Origin: Acanthaster planci | Taxonomy: Eukaryota | Length of the DNA: 64,000 bases | Direction of reading: 5' to 3' | NCBI RefSeq assembly: GCF_001949145.1 | Contig: NW_019091361.1 | Location: 1,590,866-1,654,865, forward strand | Shown: piece by piece, positions 63,729 to 64,000 of the stretch | Position numbering within the stretch: the stretch's first letter is position 1 | Layout: the number at the start of each line of letters is the position of its first letter | The notes under the pieces: generated by a model | The model's database searches: none | The model's input: only the letters and a program-made list of their open reading frames with translations | Told to the model about the DNA's origin: nothing | Translations under genes and position numbers: made by a program

Positions 63729-64000
63729 CAAAGGTATTCGCCTCGGCAACACACACACACACAGGTGTGTATTTGCCTCCAACTGGGGACTCCCTATTGT
63801 TCCTCTTTTGTTTGTACTTTACTTTTTTAGAAGACCACCCATATGTTGTGTACACAGTTGTCAATCGGGGACCTTATTGTCCTCTGTTGTTCAGGGTCCC
63901 CATGCAGAAACAAACTCACATACACAAACACCAATAAACTTAAAAATCCCGCCCCCCCAAACAAACACGCATTGCATCTTTGTAAATACCCGAAATGAAT

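Overview
This is eukaryotic, intron-rich, AT-rich genomic DNA. It is probably from a marine invertebrate deuterostome such as an echinoderm, inferred only from gene and repeat style. I reconstructed three spliced genes by hand from GT-AG sites with consistent exon phases. (1) A minus-strand gene (7341 to 1013 or below) encodes signal peptide - Frizzled CRD - Ig - Frizzled CRD. (2) A 28-coding-exon plus-strand gene (19559-47588) encodes a single-pass membrane protein of about 4,000+ aa. Its order is: signal peptide; at least 7 copies of an unrecognised ~300-aa, 8-Cys, probably helical repeat, all in one ~7.3-kb exon and with Ser-Gly GAG-site-like linkers; DCxGxC Cys repeats; IPT/TIG-like domains; a REJ module; a furin site; a PKD1-style GPS; a mucin-like stalk; one TM helix; and a PPxY tail. 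(3) An 8-exon Zn-dependent MDR alcohol dehydrogenase (55247-61514). Non-coding DNA holds a decayed L1/Tx1-type LINE interrupted by a satellite-like array, two tRNA-derived SINEs, several MITE-like fold-backs, and a small Penelope-like insertion carrying a minimal hammerhead ribozyme motif. There are two assembly gaps (24947-24971 and 59018-59040). The most novel candidate is the giant REJ/GPS receptor and its N-terminal repeat array.
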